A stretch of DNA of 63,991 bases, counting the filler, from Hausera hauseri (taxonomy: Eukaryota): NCBI GenBank assembly GCA_046269625.1. It is 10 parts of 10 records of this genome, joined end to end, with 100 filler letters (N's around TTAATTAATTAA, not from the genome) between each part and the next. Parts side by side here need not be neighbours in the genome. Positions count along the whole stretch, not along the records: positions 46,324 to 50,564 come from JBJURY010680996.1; positions 50,665 to 55,593 come from JBJURY010388924.1; positions 55,694 to 59,825 come from JBJURY010741431.1; positions 59,926 to 63,991 come from JBJURY010783979.1; 6 more parts are not named here. One strand, written 5' to 3'. Of the stretch, positions 46,324-60,372 are shown in pieces; the first letter of the stretch is position 1; every line of letters begins with the position of its first letter. The notes beneath the pieces are model-generated. The model was not told where the DNA came from and made no database searches. It saw only the letters and a program-made list of their open reading frames with translations. A program made the translations under genes and the position numbers.

Positions 46324-49300
46324 CAATAAGAGCAACAGGATTCAAATCTGCCAATATTACAGTCAAGTACGATCTGAACAGATCGTACGTAGACATAAAA
46401 GCAAACACGTTAGCGAAAACAACAACAACGCAATTGAGACATATTCCGCAAAATGTGCGCAACCGGTTGGAATCAAAAGTGGAGAAATTCCAACACTAAC
46501 ACTGCAAAGTGCAGTATTATGCACTTGCAGAATTTGAAAACGTTGAAGGTGACAGGAAACAATGGCACCTGCCACATCGAGCTGTACCATATGCCAATGA
46601 TTTTATTGCCGACGTAGGCCAAAAGCTCGGCGAAAAAATCCCCAACTACACGGAAAAGGGTAAGGGATGGCGAATTATAAAAACTGTCATACTCGGCTTT
46701 ACCATAACAAAGTCTAGTGACATGGTATATTTGTCTAGACGGTCATTCATTCCGACACCTGTATCTCTAAAGCAGTCTATGGCGGCACTGAATATACAAA
46801 ATACTGACGACAAATACTGTTTTCTGTACAGTATTCAAGATGTATTGCAGTACAGCGAAGTGACCAGATATGATGCAAATAGTTCAAAACAGTATCAGAA
46901 ATAATTTTGCAATTTGGATTGCAATAAAAACGGGATGCCAATGAAACTGAAATCCATTCCGGCTTTTGAACGGCGTAATTCGACGCTGGTAATCAACGAG
47001 TTTCGGTACAACACAATCGTAGAAATACCGGCAGATAAAAAAATTTACAAAAAACCTGATGCAGATATAAACTGTCCTAGACGGAACCTAATTGGTTGCT
47101 CAGAAAATTTGTTGCTACTGGAAAAAGAAAAGTACCATTACGTTTCAGTGGCAACTCTGGACAGGCTACTGAACATGGAGCATGATCATTTCCTGCAAAA
47201 ACGGATACAGTGTAAATGTTGTCCTGTATGTTTTCATGGATTCAGGTCAAAAACAACACGAGAGAAACATGTGACCCTGTGCAGACAAAATTCGTCAGGA
47301 ACCACTGTGTGTCATTCCTGTCAAACAGAAACTCGCGTTCACTGATTGGTCAAAAACAGACAGTCCGGAATATGTAGTATATACCCATATCGATGCTATC
47401 TTACCACGGCACAACATATATGACCAAAAGCGTGTTGCAATCGCCGTCGGTATGTTGGTTGTCCCAATAAAAGCCTCAGGTCAACATCAATATTATGTTT
47501 TCCACGAATGGAATTGTGTATGCGATTTCTTGGAGCATTTGCAAACCATAGTGGAAACTGAAATCGCACCCTGGTATAGAAGAAATAGCAATAAACCCTT
47601 GATGTGGACAGATGAAGATAAACGCCTGACGTTTGCAGTCACAGATGAATGTTAGCTGTGCCACAAAATATGACCGTTTGGCGCATTGGAACAGCTAGTA
47701 CCGGATCACAATCATTTTACTGGTCGATATCTCGGAACAGCATGTAATTCATGCAATTTGGCAAGGCGTGTGCGGCCATTCTTACCGGTGGTATTTCATA
47801 ACTCCAGGGGTTATGATTGTCACCATATTTTGAAATGGGCAATAAAAGGATTTCAGCTCTTGAAACTGTCCATAATTCCGACTACTACGGAGAAATACCT
47901 GTCACTGCCTGTCCGTATAAACCGGTTCCAGGTACGCTTCCTTGATTCATTGCAATTTCCCAATGAATCATTGCCAAAGCCGGTAAATGCCTTGCCAGAT
48001 GTCCCGATAGCACCTACGCAGTTCCCCGCACATATTGCACTCAGCAATGGCATATTTCCATATGACTTTGCAACATTATATGAACTACTTTGTACAGCAG
48101 AAGAATTACCTCCGCGATGGACAGGCATTGCAGAAGATGAATACCGGAAAGGACAGAGGTGTTGGACAGAACTCGGCTGTAGAAACATGTTTGATTACAT
48201 GCTTCAGTATCTTAAAGTGGACGTGTACTTATTAGCCGATGTGTTCCAAGCGTTTCGATCAAAAGCGTTGGCTGAAGATAGGCTGGAGCCACTCAACTTT
48301 TATTCCATACCGGAAATGAGTTGGGCGTCAGCTCTAATGTCACTGGATCAAGACACTGAGCTGCTGCAAGACCCGGATATGTACGGGCTGTTTGATGTTG
48401 GTATTCGCGCGGCATGACATTCGTCAACAAGCATCAGGTTCGTGCTACCGATAGAACATCACTGCTGTATATTGATATTAATAACCTGTACGGCTGGGCG
48501 CTTTCGCAACCCTTGCCGTACGCTTCATTTGAATGGGTTGTCAACAGGCAAGATCTGGACAATATAATGGTCAACCTACCACGAGCAGACATGGCAGGCT
48601 CAGTCGGATACCTGGTGGAGGTCGATCTTATGGTACCAGATGAGCTGCATGACGTTTTGGATGATTTACCGGTCGCCCCATTTAAGCAATGTCCGCCAGG
48701 CTCAAAAGTGAAGAAACTGCTTATGACGCATGAACCGAAGCTGAATTACGTGGTACTTTGGCGTCTGCTACAGTTCTACATGCAGCTCGGTGTACGCGTT
48801 ACACAGCTGCATCGTGCAATCCGATTTGCCCAGGCTCCCATATTCAAGGCGTACATAGATGGAAATTCGGATAAACGAGCCGCAGCTTGTACAAAGTTAG
48901 AAAAGAACTACTACAAGCTGAAAAAGAATTCTCTTTACAGCAAAACAGTGGAGTATCTAAAAAAATGGCTCAATGTGCGCCTATGTAACTCTAAAAAGCG
49001 GTTGTTTACGCATACCAGCAAGCCACATTTTCGGCGGTCAATGCACATTGCTGATGGATTGGTTGCGGAGCTGTTAAACAGCGAAGAAGTTGTTCTGGAC
49101 TGGCCAAGTTACATAGGACACGTGGTATTGGACCTGAGCAAGTTGCGGATGTATGAGCTGCAGTATCGCGATTTGGCACGTTACCGGCAAATGTTTGGAG
49201 GCTGTGACATTAGTATAATTTCCGGTGACAGACAGCTTTTTCTTGCGGTTGAAAAAGTCAATCGCGAACAGCTACTGCAACAAATGCAGTCAGATGGAGT

Positions 49301-49703
49301 ACTGGACACGTCCAACTATCCACTGGATCATCCGTTCTACAGAAGCGCGATCGCTAACAAAATCTGTTGCTTCAAGGATGAAAGTGAAGGTCAGGTTCAG
49401 TATCGGGAATGGATATTTCTACGCCCAAAATGTTATAGCCTTTTAACTGACGGTTGACTGAAAAAGCGCGGAAAGTGAGTTCAGTTGGCCCAGATGGAAA
49501 TAAACCACGGTGATTATCTCCGTATCTATGAAGAAGAAAAAGGACAATCAAAGGCTGTTGTGTCACAAACGATCATCCGATCGATTGAGCACCAGCTGTA
49601 TACGGTGACCAATACAAAAGTGGCTTTATCATGCAGTTATGATAAGCGTTATTGGGTGGGGCGAAATAAGCGTTGGGCATACGGACATTGGCGTTTGGAA
49701 TAA
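46324..49703 (+). pseudogene. Decayed protein-primed family B DNA polymerase (Maverick/Polinton/adintovirus-like) with endonuclease VII-like insert
   Basis: NIQNTDDKYCFLYSI, DHNHFTGRYLGTACNSCNL, VVFHNSRGYD, FLDSLQF, YIDINNLYGWA, KLKKNSLYSK, (G)DTDS, LRPKCY, KVALSCSYDKRY. Frameshifted. Confidence 0.92.
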
Positions 49704-49919
49704 AACACGCACGCATGAATTCGGTGCAAACATATCAAATTACTGTGACAATTCATTGTGATCTATTTGTTTTATATAAATAATCATATATTTTGTTGTT
49801 TTTCCTTTTGTTTTATTATCATTTAATTTATCTATATAACTTAATGTGACTAGAAACAGTATGAAAACAAATAAAATCAATAAAATTTATTAATCATCAT
49901 AAGCTAAAATCAAAAACAA

Positions 49920-50424
49920 ATTAAGTCAAATCAGCGTAAACTTTCCCAGCTTACATATTGTTGACTTAACACCATGCAGATGCTTGTACCCATTCAACTT
50001 CAATGCTAAATGGCCTATAGCTCCTTCTGATGGAAAAAGTGTTTTTTCTGCTGCTACTGTTTCTCCACCATGTGAACTCACAATTTTCGCATACTTCCTT
50101 TGAGAAAAATCGACGATGTATCTTGGATATTGGTACTCAAGGCCAAATCACTGTCAAATTTTTTATTTGTCTTTCATTGTATCTAAATCATCGTCGCTGA
50201 TCTTTTTCAACAATAGACCATATTTTACCGGTTTGATTTTGACTGTTTGTGTCAATGGCAATTGAATAGTGTTGCGCAGATAATGTAAGATGTACCCATT
50301 ATACAACCGGAAATATGAGCGAATATTCGCTGCACCGTGGCTTTTTTGAGTTACTGTCACTTGCTGAATTCTTTTCCAAAAACGTTTTTTAAATAAGTCA
50401 AATGTGAAATGAAGTTGCATCCAT
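49920..50424 (-). pseudogene. Decayed unknown ORF convergent on pPolB
   Basis: An 85-aa ORF plus a frameshifted continuation (...GHLALKLNGYKHLHGVKSTICKLGKFTLI*). An AT-rich spacer with AATAAA lies between the two 3' ends. Confidence 0.3.
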
Positions 50425-50564
50425 ATTTATATCAAAGGTTTGTTTTCATTGCAAACAATACACATTTGCTTTTTAAGTATTGTCACCTATCACAATGATA
50501 CAAATTACCTCCATGTTACTGAAGTCATTCGTAATAAATGTGTACAATTTCCATTATAGTCCAT

Positions 50565-50664
50565 NNNNNNNNNNNNNNNNNNNNNNNNNNNNNNNNNNNN
50601 NNNNNNNNTTAATTAATTAANNNNNNNNNNNNNNNNNNNNNNNNNNNNNNNNNNNNNNNNNNNN
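50565..50664. other. Artificial contig linker
   Basis: N-run with TTAATTAATTAA. Confidence 0.98.
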
Positions 50665-51113
50665 TAAGGCAAATCTGTTCACAAAAATGCGCATAAGTCA
50701 CTAACAGATTGATTAAGAAATGTCTGATTACTCTTAGATTTCGTATATAATATTTAGGTGCGTGTTGTTGGCGAAAGGTCGGAACGATATACAACTTCAA
50801 AAGATTGTCTCTTATTGCGTGTAAATTCTTCCTTTATCCTTTTGTTATGCAGAGTGAATCTACATTTACTTAAGCTGATTTCATGTAAGCATTTCACTCG
50901 TGTACAAACAAAAAGCCATAAAACAAAAATTCCGATTATGGCCAAGTGTGCCATGAAAAAATATCTGATGACAACTTTAATTATACAATACTAGCTACTG
51001 ATTGTTAAATGACCATCAGTCAATAATTTGACCTCTGATAAATAATATATAACATTTATTCTTAAGATTTTATTACGGTATATATAGTTTTTTTTAAAAG
51101 TTTAGTTGAACCA

Positions 51114-51520
51114 TATATGTGGTCTGTCCAATAAATAAGCGAACTAAGGTCATAAAAATTTTATTTTACAAAATTTAGAATAAAATTACTCAAAGATTTA
51201 TTAACGACTGATTCAGTATTATTGAAATTTTGAATAAACTGTAGCTAAAACAGATGTGTTTGCATGTGATGATTTATTTCAATTTCAGTTCCAGGTATGT
51301 AGATAGATGTTGATATTCGAGGAACCAAAATGGAAACCCAATTGCTCTGCTTCAGTAATTATGAAGGAGCAAATCAGAAGTCTAATTGTAAGAAATCCTC
51401 ATCTGACGTGGAATTAGAATGTGGGATAGCCTTTGATTTAGACTGTCGATATTAAAATGTGGGACGTAAGTTTGCCTAGAAATTGGATATCAGATAGAGG
51501 AATCAGCATTCGAACTGCAT
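51114..51520 (+). mobile_element. Highly decayed mariner-like remnant
   Basis: TIR-like ta-tgtggtctgtccaataaataagcgaact. Only weak transposase traces downstream. Confidence 0.3.
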
Positions 51521-53829
51521 CTTCCCAAGTTTTCAATGAATAGAAAAACCATTTAGACTGGTTCAAACCGGTTGCGTAATTCGAAAAATATTTTGAGAGG
51601 GATATAATTTTGACTGCCGAAATAATACAGTGGATTTGCACAATAATTATTCGGGAAAGGAGGCGGGGTCTCAATCTCCTCCTCTTAGTACGCCAGTCGT
51701 TCGAACAGTTGGAATGGAGAAAACATTTCGAATGGGAAAAACCGTTGGAATAGACGGATGAGTTTCATTAGTGTATCAGTGACCACAATGTAAAATCAAT
51801 GGTGTTCCAAAGTAGGATTAGTGCCTAATTTTACTGTGGAATCTGACTTCACAGTTTTATTTTCATTGGATCTGTCGGCCAAATTGTTTTATTATTGAGG
51901 ACATTAAAATTTTGGTACACAGATAAATTTGAAATTTACGAAAATTTCTTATTGGGAACCGTGTATGCGACAAGTATTGACCATTACACAATAACACAAC
52001 TATTACAAAAGGCCAATTTTAAAAACTGAATGTTCTACTGTTGTAAAATGGACTATTGGAGCATTGTGTAGTTTCTGTTGAATCGGAGAGATATTTAACT
52101 GAAATGAATAGTTCTTACTTTCGAAAAGAAAAGCGTAAATGAAAAATATGCGCTCAAATTTATTTTAGTTTTTTCATTGTTATTTCATTTGAATGTCATC
52201 GCCATATTCGTCCGAAGCTTCTAAATCCTTTAGCACATTTATCGCGTTTCTACAACATACGAAGTCGTTTCATTTCCGAACGCAGTTGCCGGGCACTTTC
52301 TTCAGAACTTGGATAAGGATGTTCCATTTACTCCGATACCTCATCACAGACATACCATCAATTTGAATCTGTTTTATTTATTTTCCTTGTACTCTGACCG
52401 GATACCGATACACACAGCACTATTCCATCCCCACTTAATTAGCTTCATTCAACGTTTTTACAGAGGTATGGTGCTTTGAATATATCTGCTAAATCACAAC
52501 ACTGTGCTTCTATTCGGCATTTAGATTTCCTTAACTGGCGTAGAACGCCATGAACACTGTAATTACTAAACAATAAAATTACAATTTATTTCAAATTTTC
52601 TCTCAACCCGACTCTACTGCATGCCCGCCAGATTCCTACGAATCTTCAAGTTTTGATCACAAAATCTGAATACTTATCAGGCAAACGAGATGTTCTTTGT
52701 GGTCTGTCGTCAACTTCACTCATCTGCATACAAGTCATTTCATTTCCACAAAATTGGCCGTCTCCATCAACGCTTTCTGTCTCAGCATTTTCCACGTCAT
52801 CAGAAAAATCATTGGAAACATAAGGAGGCCTTAACCACTGTTCACTGGGTCCACATTTTTCTCAATATCCCAAATTTGAGACGTGACGGGGAAGAGTTGT
52901 TTAACCCGCATTTAACCCCGTGTTTGGAAGACGAAAATTGATTTTCATTCGTCCTTAGAATTCAACTTTCAGTACACCGCACCTGTTTTACTGATTGATC
53001 CACACTAAATTGCCGGTTTAAAACACGAGATCAATGTCTTCTATTTTACTTGACTGCTTCTGGAAACTTACAAATGGAATTCTTGACACTAATAGTAATT
53101 TTTACCAAACACGTTAGAAGTATTAATATACCAAAAGAGTGCAGAATAAATGACTTTTCTGATCTTGTAGCTATGCTATTTACCGTTCGATGATTTCACG
53201 CGATAATTTCATTAGCTTCAGGTCAATTTACAGATCAAGATTCTGCATTGTAGTCTTTTACGTTTCAATTACAGCGCAAACTGGGAAATCAGAAAATAAA
53301 TGTAATCAGTAAAGTCAAAATACAAAGTCATTAACAATAGCATTAATTACAAATACAAAAATACGTAATGTCACGGATTCGCCAAATCTAAAAATAAAAA
53401 CTAGGTTTAAAAAAATAAGCAAAGTTATTTAAATGAACAAAATTATCACTGAATTCACTTTTTCGAAAAAGATTCAATATCGCAATGTTTCAAATCAAAG
53501 GAGTTCAGAAAGCAAGACAAACAGTTCGGCGTCGAGTATATTTCCGCCTATACACAACACGGCATAGAGTATGTCTCCGTAAACTATTCACGCGGTGTCG
53601 AGTTCAACTCCTCCAATATGATCTACGACGTCGATATTGCCTCCGTCAAAATGCGTTTGTAATCAATAAATATTCTAACCTGAAAAGATTGTCTTGCTTT
53701 TTTACCAGTCGTTTTATTTGACTAGATCTTAGTAGTTGTATTATACGGCTTGTACAAGGTTTTCGTTTAATACAAAACAACTAAACGTATTTTCCATTGT
53801 CCGTCGCCTTACTGAACCTCGCAGACCTA

Positions 53830-54470
53830 AATGCCATTCGTTTTACAATTGAAATTCTGCCATACATTATGCTCATTCTTGTAATCATCATCATCAATGT
53901 CTGAATTTTATAGTGAACTGTAAAATTCCTTTTTCCGCTAGAGTTTTCATCTAATTTGTCCCATGATGTAATGTAATCATAGAGGAAAACTCCTTTAAGC
54001 TTTACTAAGTCAAAAAGTGCTGCAGGGATAATTTTCTTGTTTCTTTTAAATCACCCGGCTGAAGATTTTTGGTTAAACTCTCAAGCGACGCACTTGTAAA
54101 TTTGAAGCTGTTAATAAATCCGAGACTTATTTTCTAGAAGGCTTTCGTTATTGTTATATATTTCTCTACACTGTGACGGATGACATGAATCTTTTCCGCA
54201 TCTTCATCTAATTCTCCAATATGAAAGTGGGAATCATAGCTACTTAAATTGTGATAAACGACAGAAACAAATTTAATAATACGACAACGTAGACTGCATA
54301 AATTACATGCGGCTCCTCTGAAATAGCCTATGATATGAAAAAGATCCCTGAATTTGTGATTGTTTAAAATAAAGCTGTTATTGCATAAATAGCAATTCGT
54401 GGCATTTTCCCATTCAGCTTCTTCATTCAACGTAATAATAATGTATTGTACCGAGTGAATTAGAATTTCT
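53830..54470 (-). pseudogene. pPolB fragment (endoVII-like plus exonuclease region)
   Basis: CYLC...RDLFHIIGYFRGAACNLC, VVYHNLSSYDSH, FINSFKF..ASLESL, KGVFLYDY. Confidence 0.88.
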
Positions 54471-54482
54471 GCATCAACACCT

Positions 54483-54930
54483 ACTTAAAAGTGTAGCACG
54501 AATAACAAGCCATTTTTTTGTGTCAGGTAATCACGTATAATGACACACTGTCTGTATTGCGTGTGTGACAAAATTTATTTTGTTTCATTTATTTTGTTAG
54601 CTATGTCGTCTGAGGAAAACAGAGCTGATGTCATTGCTCTACATAATGAAAGTCATGCTCAGTGTACAATTTTAATACTTTTGAAATCCAATCAGTCAAA
54701 GCAAATTTTTGCCAGTCGCACTTTAAAACGATATGCAGAGACCAAAAGCTTGCAAGATCGCACAAGGAGAAGAGACTTTCGAACAGCTAGAACAATCAGA
54801 CTTATTGCCAGTGTTAAGCAGCTTATTCGACGAAATCGCTTCGTTCACAAAGAAGAATGGCTGCTTCATTCAATGTTTCCCAGTCTACCATCTCCAGAGT
54901 TCTACATTTTGATTTAGGGATGCGTGCAGT
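54483..54930 (+). mobile_element. Tc1/mariner-family 5' fragment (HTH) next to the pPolB fragment
   Basis: MSSEENRADVIALH...RTLKRYAETKSLQDRTRR..RTART..LIASVKQLIRRN. Confidence 0.75.
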
Positions 54931-55099
54931 AATTTCTGTCTCACTGTACTACCGGAAGATACACTGGATTAAAACTTTCAATGATTAATTCATTAATTAC
55001 TTGTCTAGTGGTATGTAGCTCTATATATTGTCAGAGCCGCTGGATATTGACGAAGTGCAACTATAGCAATCAGTCTAACAACATAACGATCGGTGAGCT

Positions 55100-55593
55100 T
55101 ATGTTGCTCTAATGCCCTCACAACATGATCAGTGAATGTTTCAATTCATTTGCGCGACATTTATCTTGTGACAATCTGGAAGATTTTGCTGGTGTATATT
55201 TATCTCTGAAATCTGCCATTGTATTATTCCTCTGGATTTGTTGGCTCACCGAGCGTGTTTCTGATAAACCCCTTCGCATTCTCTCTTCTTTTAATTTTCT
55301 TTCACGTGACCTCTGTTTATTTTTCTGCAGATCTTTGTCTATTATTGACATACACATCAATAAAGAAATCTTTTTCCTCTTCAATTTTTATTGACAGCAA
55401 GGCATCGATGTGTGCAATGTCAAACAGTAAAACTATCTCTCTGAATGCACCTCCTGCAGTTTTTTACGACTCTGAAGAACCTACTTTGTTTTTTTTTTCC
55501 TTCGACGCCATTGAAAGTTTTCCAGTTTTTCTATCACATGATCCTTTCGTGTCTAACTTCTTTCAAGTACACGAATTACTGTATTATGCCTGA
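55100..55593 (-). pseudogene. Decayed DNA-transposon transposase N-terminal region (possibly Sola2-like)
   Basis: The LFDIAHIDALLSIKIEEEKDFF...IDKDL motif is recalled from invertebrate transposases. It is frameshifted. Confidence 0.4.
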
Positions 55594-55693
55594 NNNNNNN
55601 NNNNNNNNNNNNNNNNNNNNNNNNNNNNNNNNNNNNNTTAATTAATTAANNNNNNNNNNNNNNNNNNNNNNNNNNNNNNNNNNNNNNNNNNNN
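55594..55693. other. Artificial contig linker
   Basis: N-run with TTAATTAATTAA. Confidence 0.98.
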
Positions 55694-58030
55694 TTATGTC
55701 GTCCAGATCTTGTCTGTCGGCAACCCCTTCAAATGAACCGTACGGCAAGGGTTGCGAAAGCGCTCAGCCGTACAAGTTATTAATATCAATATGCAGCAGT
55801 AATATGATATTGGTAGCACAGACCTGATGCTTTTTGACAAATGTCATGCAACCGCGAATACCAACATCAAACATTCGGTACATTTCCGGGTTTTGAAGCA
55901 GCTCAATGTCTCGATTCAGCGACATTAGAGCTGATGCCCAACTCATTCCCCGTATGGAATAAAAGTTGAGAGGCTCCAACCTATATTCCGCCAGCGCTTT
56001 GGTACGAAATGCTTAGAACACGTCGGCTAATAAGTACACATCCGGTTTAAGATACTGAAGGATGTACTCCATGTTTCTACAGCGCAGTTCTGTCCAAGAT
56101 TCTTGTGCTCTCCGACATTCATCTTCTGCGATACCTGTCCATCGCGGCGGTAATTCATATGCTGTCCGGAGTCGCTCATATGATGTTGCAAAGTCATATA
56201 AATATATGCCTTTGTTGAGTGCAATATGTGCAGGGAACTGCGTCAGTGCTATCGGCATTTACCAGCTTTGCCAATAATTCATTGAGAAATTACAATGAAG
56301 CAAGGAAGCGTACCTGTAAACGGTTTATACGATCAGACAGTAACAGGTATTTCTCCATCGTAGTCGGAATTATGGATAGTTCACAGTGAGGAAATCCGTT
56401 TATTGTCCATTTCAAAATATGGTAACAATCATAACCCATGAAGTTATGAAATACCACCGGTAAAAATGGCTGCACACGGCTTGCCACATTGCATGAATTA
56501 CACGCTGCTCTGAGATATCGACCGGTAAAATGGTCGTAATCCAGTACGAGACGGTCCAGTGCGTCAAAGGGTAATATTTTGTGACAGGTAATATTTATTT
56601 GTGAATGCAAACGTCAGGCGTTCATCTTCATCTGTCCACATGAAGCGTTTATTGCTATTTCTACTGTACCAGGGTGCGATTTCAGTTTCCACTATGGTTT
56701 GCAACTGCTGCAAGAAATCGCGTACACAATTCCATCCGTGGAAAACAATGAGGTTGACCTGCAGCTTTTATTGGGACAACCAACGGCGATTTAAACATGT
56801 TTTTGGTCATATATATTTTGTGTCTTGGTAAGAGTTTCGATATCGGCATATACTTCATATGCTGTACTGTCTGTTTTTGACTATTCAGTAAATCTCAGTT
56901 CCGGTTTGAGAGGCATGACATACATTGTGGTACTTGACTAATTTTGTCTGCACGGAGTCGCATGTTTCGCCAATGTTGTTTCCGAAATGAATCACCGAAG
57001 ACATACAGGAGACCATTTACACTATCCGCTTTGGAGGAAATGGTCATGCTCGATGTTCATTAGTCTGTCCAGATTTGTCACTGCAACGTTATGGTACTTT
57101 TCACTGTTCCAATAGTAACAAATTTACTGAGCGGCCATTTGGGTTCCGACTTCGACAGATTATGTCCACATGATGGTATTTGTAAATTTTTTCATCCGTC
57201 GGTATTTCTACGGTTGTGTTGTACCGGAACACGTTGATTGTCAGTGTCGGATTACGCCGTTCAAAAGTCTAGTTGGATTTCAGTTTCATCGGCACCCAGT
57301 ATTCATCGAAATCCAATTCGGAAAAATATTTCTACTGTTTTGAACGAGATGCACTATGTCTATCCACTTCGTCATATTTCAATACCGCCAGAATACTGTA
57401 AAGCAAACAGTATTCATCCTTAGTATTTTTCACATTCACTACCGCCAGAGACTGCTTCAGAGCTGCAGGTGTCGGTATGAATGATCGTCCAAACAAATAT
57501 ATTATGTCACTCGACTTTGTTATGATAAAGCCGAGGGTGACAATTCGTATAATTCGCCATCCACTACCATTTTCCATCTAGTTGGCCATTTTCTCCTCAA
57601 GCTTTTCGCCTACTTAGGCAAAAAAATCATTGGCATATAGTACAGCTCGATGTGACAGGTACCATTGTTTCCTGCCACCTTCAACGTTTTCAAATTCTGC
57701 AAGTGCATAATATTGCACTTTGCAGTTGTTGCGTTTGAACTTCTCCACCTCTAATTCCAATCGGCTGCGTACACTGGACGGAACATGCCTCAGCTGTAGT
57801 GTTGTACCCGACATGTTTACTTTTATGTCCACGTACATTTGTTTAGATCGTACTTGACAGTAATGGAAGGTTCTTGCTGTTGTATCTGCTCCTGCTGCTG
57901 TTCGGAACTATTTCGGATTAAGTCGTCAAGATTTGTTGAGGCCTGACGTCTCCTGCTTGTTGAGCAGATAATGGTTTTTCTCGTCGCCATCACTATTTCC
58001 TTTTTGAACCGCTGAAACTGGTTCAAGTGG
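55694..58030 (-). pseudogene. Second decayed copy of the same pPolB family as 46324-49703 (5' portion)
   Basis: VQYYALAEFENVEGGRKQW, DYDHFTGRYLRAACNSCN, VVFHNFMGYD, HIDINNLYG. Collinear with the first copy. Confidence 0.92.
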
Positions 58031-59825
58031 TCCTTGTGCTGGTTATAAAATTGTTCTTAGTTGATTTTTTCAACTATAGAACAAACGGGACAAACGTAGG
58101 TCCGTTAACCGTGCACCTTTGTGGCGCCTTAGTACTGCTCCATTACACTGGCAACCATCAACGTCATCCACTTTACTACTACAGTATCGCGAGTACGTAT
58201 GGAAATGCACAACCATCATCTTTGCATGCGTAAACGGGCCAAGATAATGCTTGTGCATCGCCTGAAAGTCGGGATATGGACATGGAGCCGAAATACTACC
58301 GCACAAATATGAGTCCGTGCCAACGGAGTAATATTTAGCCATCTGCTGATGGCACTGCTCCTGTTCCACATGTATTCGCGAGACGCAATACATGGAATTA
58401 GTATACTTCTGAATGGAAAACAAAATAAAATAAATATTTTATATTAAGTTATAAATACTATAAATTGAAATATGACAACTTATTTGTCGGTCTTGAGAAA
58501 AAAGTCTACTTACTCCCTTATAAACAATTATTCTAAACGCTACAACAACTAAAATCAGATGGAACAGTACATGGAAAGCGAGATTAAGAAATTGACCGAT
58601 GACATTTTGACTGGACATGTGTTTGATGTTCAGTTTTTGTGTGAGCTCGCAGAAACTAGAATAATTAGCCGAAAGGAATATATTGAATAACTTGTCAGAT
58701 CTCTTCATACAACGTATCAAAGATAAAATGAGACGAAAACGGCAGTAACAACGACGGATTAATTTCCTCATTGGACTTGTATTTTCTGCTTCGCTTTGTC
58801 TTGTAATGAAAAAATTGATTGACCGTATTTAATCACACATTTGTACATATTTTGTTGCATTTGTTTGCGTGAATCAATATAATTTATTTCGCGTGTCTTT
58901 GTTTTTGTTGTTGTTACATTTTAGTATAAATACTTGTGCTTCGTTACGGCATGAAATTATAACATGTCTCATTTAACAGAACGGTCTCCGGAGTCACTTT
59001 ACAATCTTTATCGACCTTTACATGAGTGCGATACTGTTCGCCCGAAGAGATATTCCGGCGTGCTGAGGAGAATTGGAAGGCACGAGAACCTTATGAATCA
59101 GGTTGTTGGTGACGGACACAATATTCGGCCAGATTTTTCACACTTATCAGAAATTGGCGTCGTTGGATGACAATACGGTTTCTGGAAGATATTATCAAAT
59201 TTGATTTCAACATTAAAACTTGGCAATTGGCAGATGAGATTTGCTTCAAGCAACATTCCAATGTAACTAATTCCAATGGACTCGTTCATTTTCTTACGGA
59301 ATTGGTTAATGCTAGAGGTTTGTGGTGGTGATCCTAATTTTCTATTGTTAAACTCGCGGATTTATTTGTACCACATAAAATTTTAATATGGACTTGATTG
59401 TCCTTCTGTATTATTCCAAACAAATAAATAATATTACAAATAAAGATATAGGCGTTTTGGCTAATTTAAATGACAAAAACAACAACAAAAGAAGTGATAA
59501 TGGGTAAAGCAGCTGATAATTCGGAGTGCATTTTTCACCCCGATCCATTGGTCTGATCGTGAGGCGGCTATAACATGAAATTTGATTCAACTTACGGGCA
59601 ATGTACGAGACCCATTTCCATCACGAGCACACTTGAACATGGGGAAATTTTACCAGTTTGAAATTTTCCAATTCGATTTTTCCCCATGTTCCTATGATCC
59701 GACTGAGTTGCAACCGTGTCCATTGCAATCGCCAATATCGATTTACCTCTTGTACACATTTTCTGAGTGCTAGCAACATGTTTCGCGTTATACGTGACAC
59801 ATTTCCTGTTTTGCTTCTTTCTCTT

Positions 59826-59925
59826 NNNNNNNNNNNNNNNNNNNNNNNNNNNNNNNNNNNNNNNNNNNNTTAATTAATTAANNNNNNNNNNNNNNNNNNN
59901 NNNNNNNNNNNNNNNNNNNNNNNNN
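59826..59925. other. Artificial contig linker
   Basis: N-run with TTAATTAATTAA. Confidence 0.98.
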
Positions 59926-60094
59926 TTAGACTCCACTCTTCTCTTTTGTATGTTCTTCAATTGTACACACAACTTTTCCACAGTATTAAAATATTCTACA
60001 GCAAAAAAAGAATTCAAATTAAATGATAAGATATTTGGTTGAGATATTTTCATAAGTAACACTTATACAGTAGTATCTATAGAAATTTAAACAA

Positions 60095-60372
60095 AGCGTG
60101 GTGGGAATAGTGAAACCCACTCTGCTCGAGAATGCTTTGTTCTAGGGGATGGAAATAGTGACACCACGATCACGCCAGAATGCTTTGTTTTAGGGGGTGG
60201 GAAATATTGAAACTACGATCACGCCAAAAATCCCTTTGTTTACTAACAAAATTGAAACAAAAGGGGGATGGGAATAGTGAAACCACGATCACGCCAAAAT
60301 GCTTTGATTTTTGGGGTGGGAATAGTGAAACCACGATCACGCCAGAAATCCCTTTGTTTACTACCAAAATTT
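60095..60372. repeat. Short tandem repeat, ~5 units of gggaatagtgaaaccacgatcacgcca...ctttgtt
   Basis: The motif recurs near 60103, 60151, 60200, 60270 and 60318 with variable spacers. Confidence 0.8.

Noticed and set aside
52100-53800. Possible decayed transposon or host exons
   Set aside because: The composition is coding-like but I could not assign any motif.
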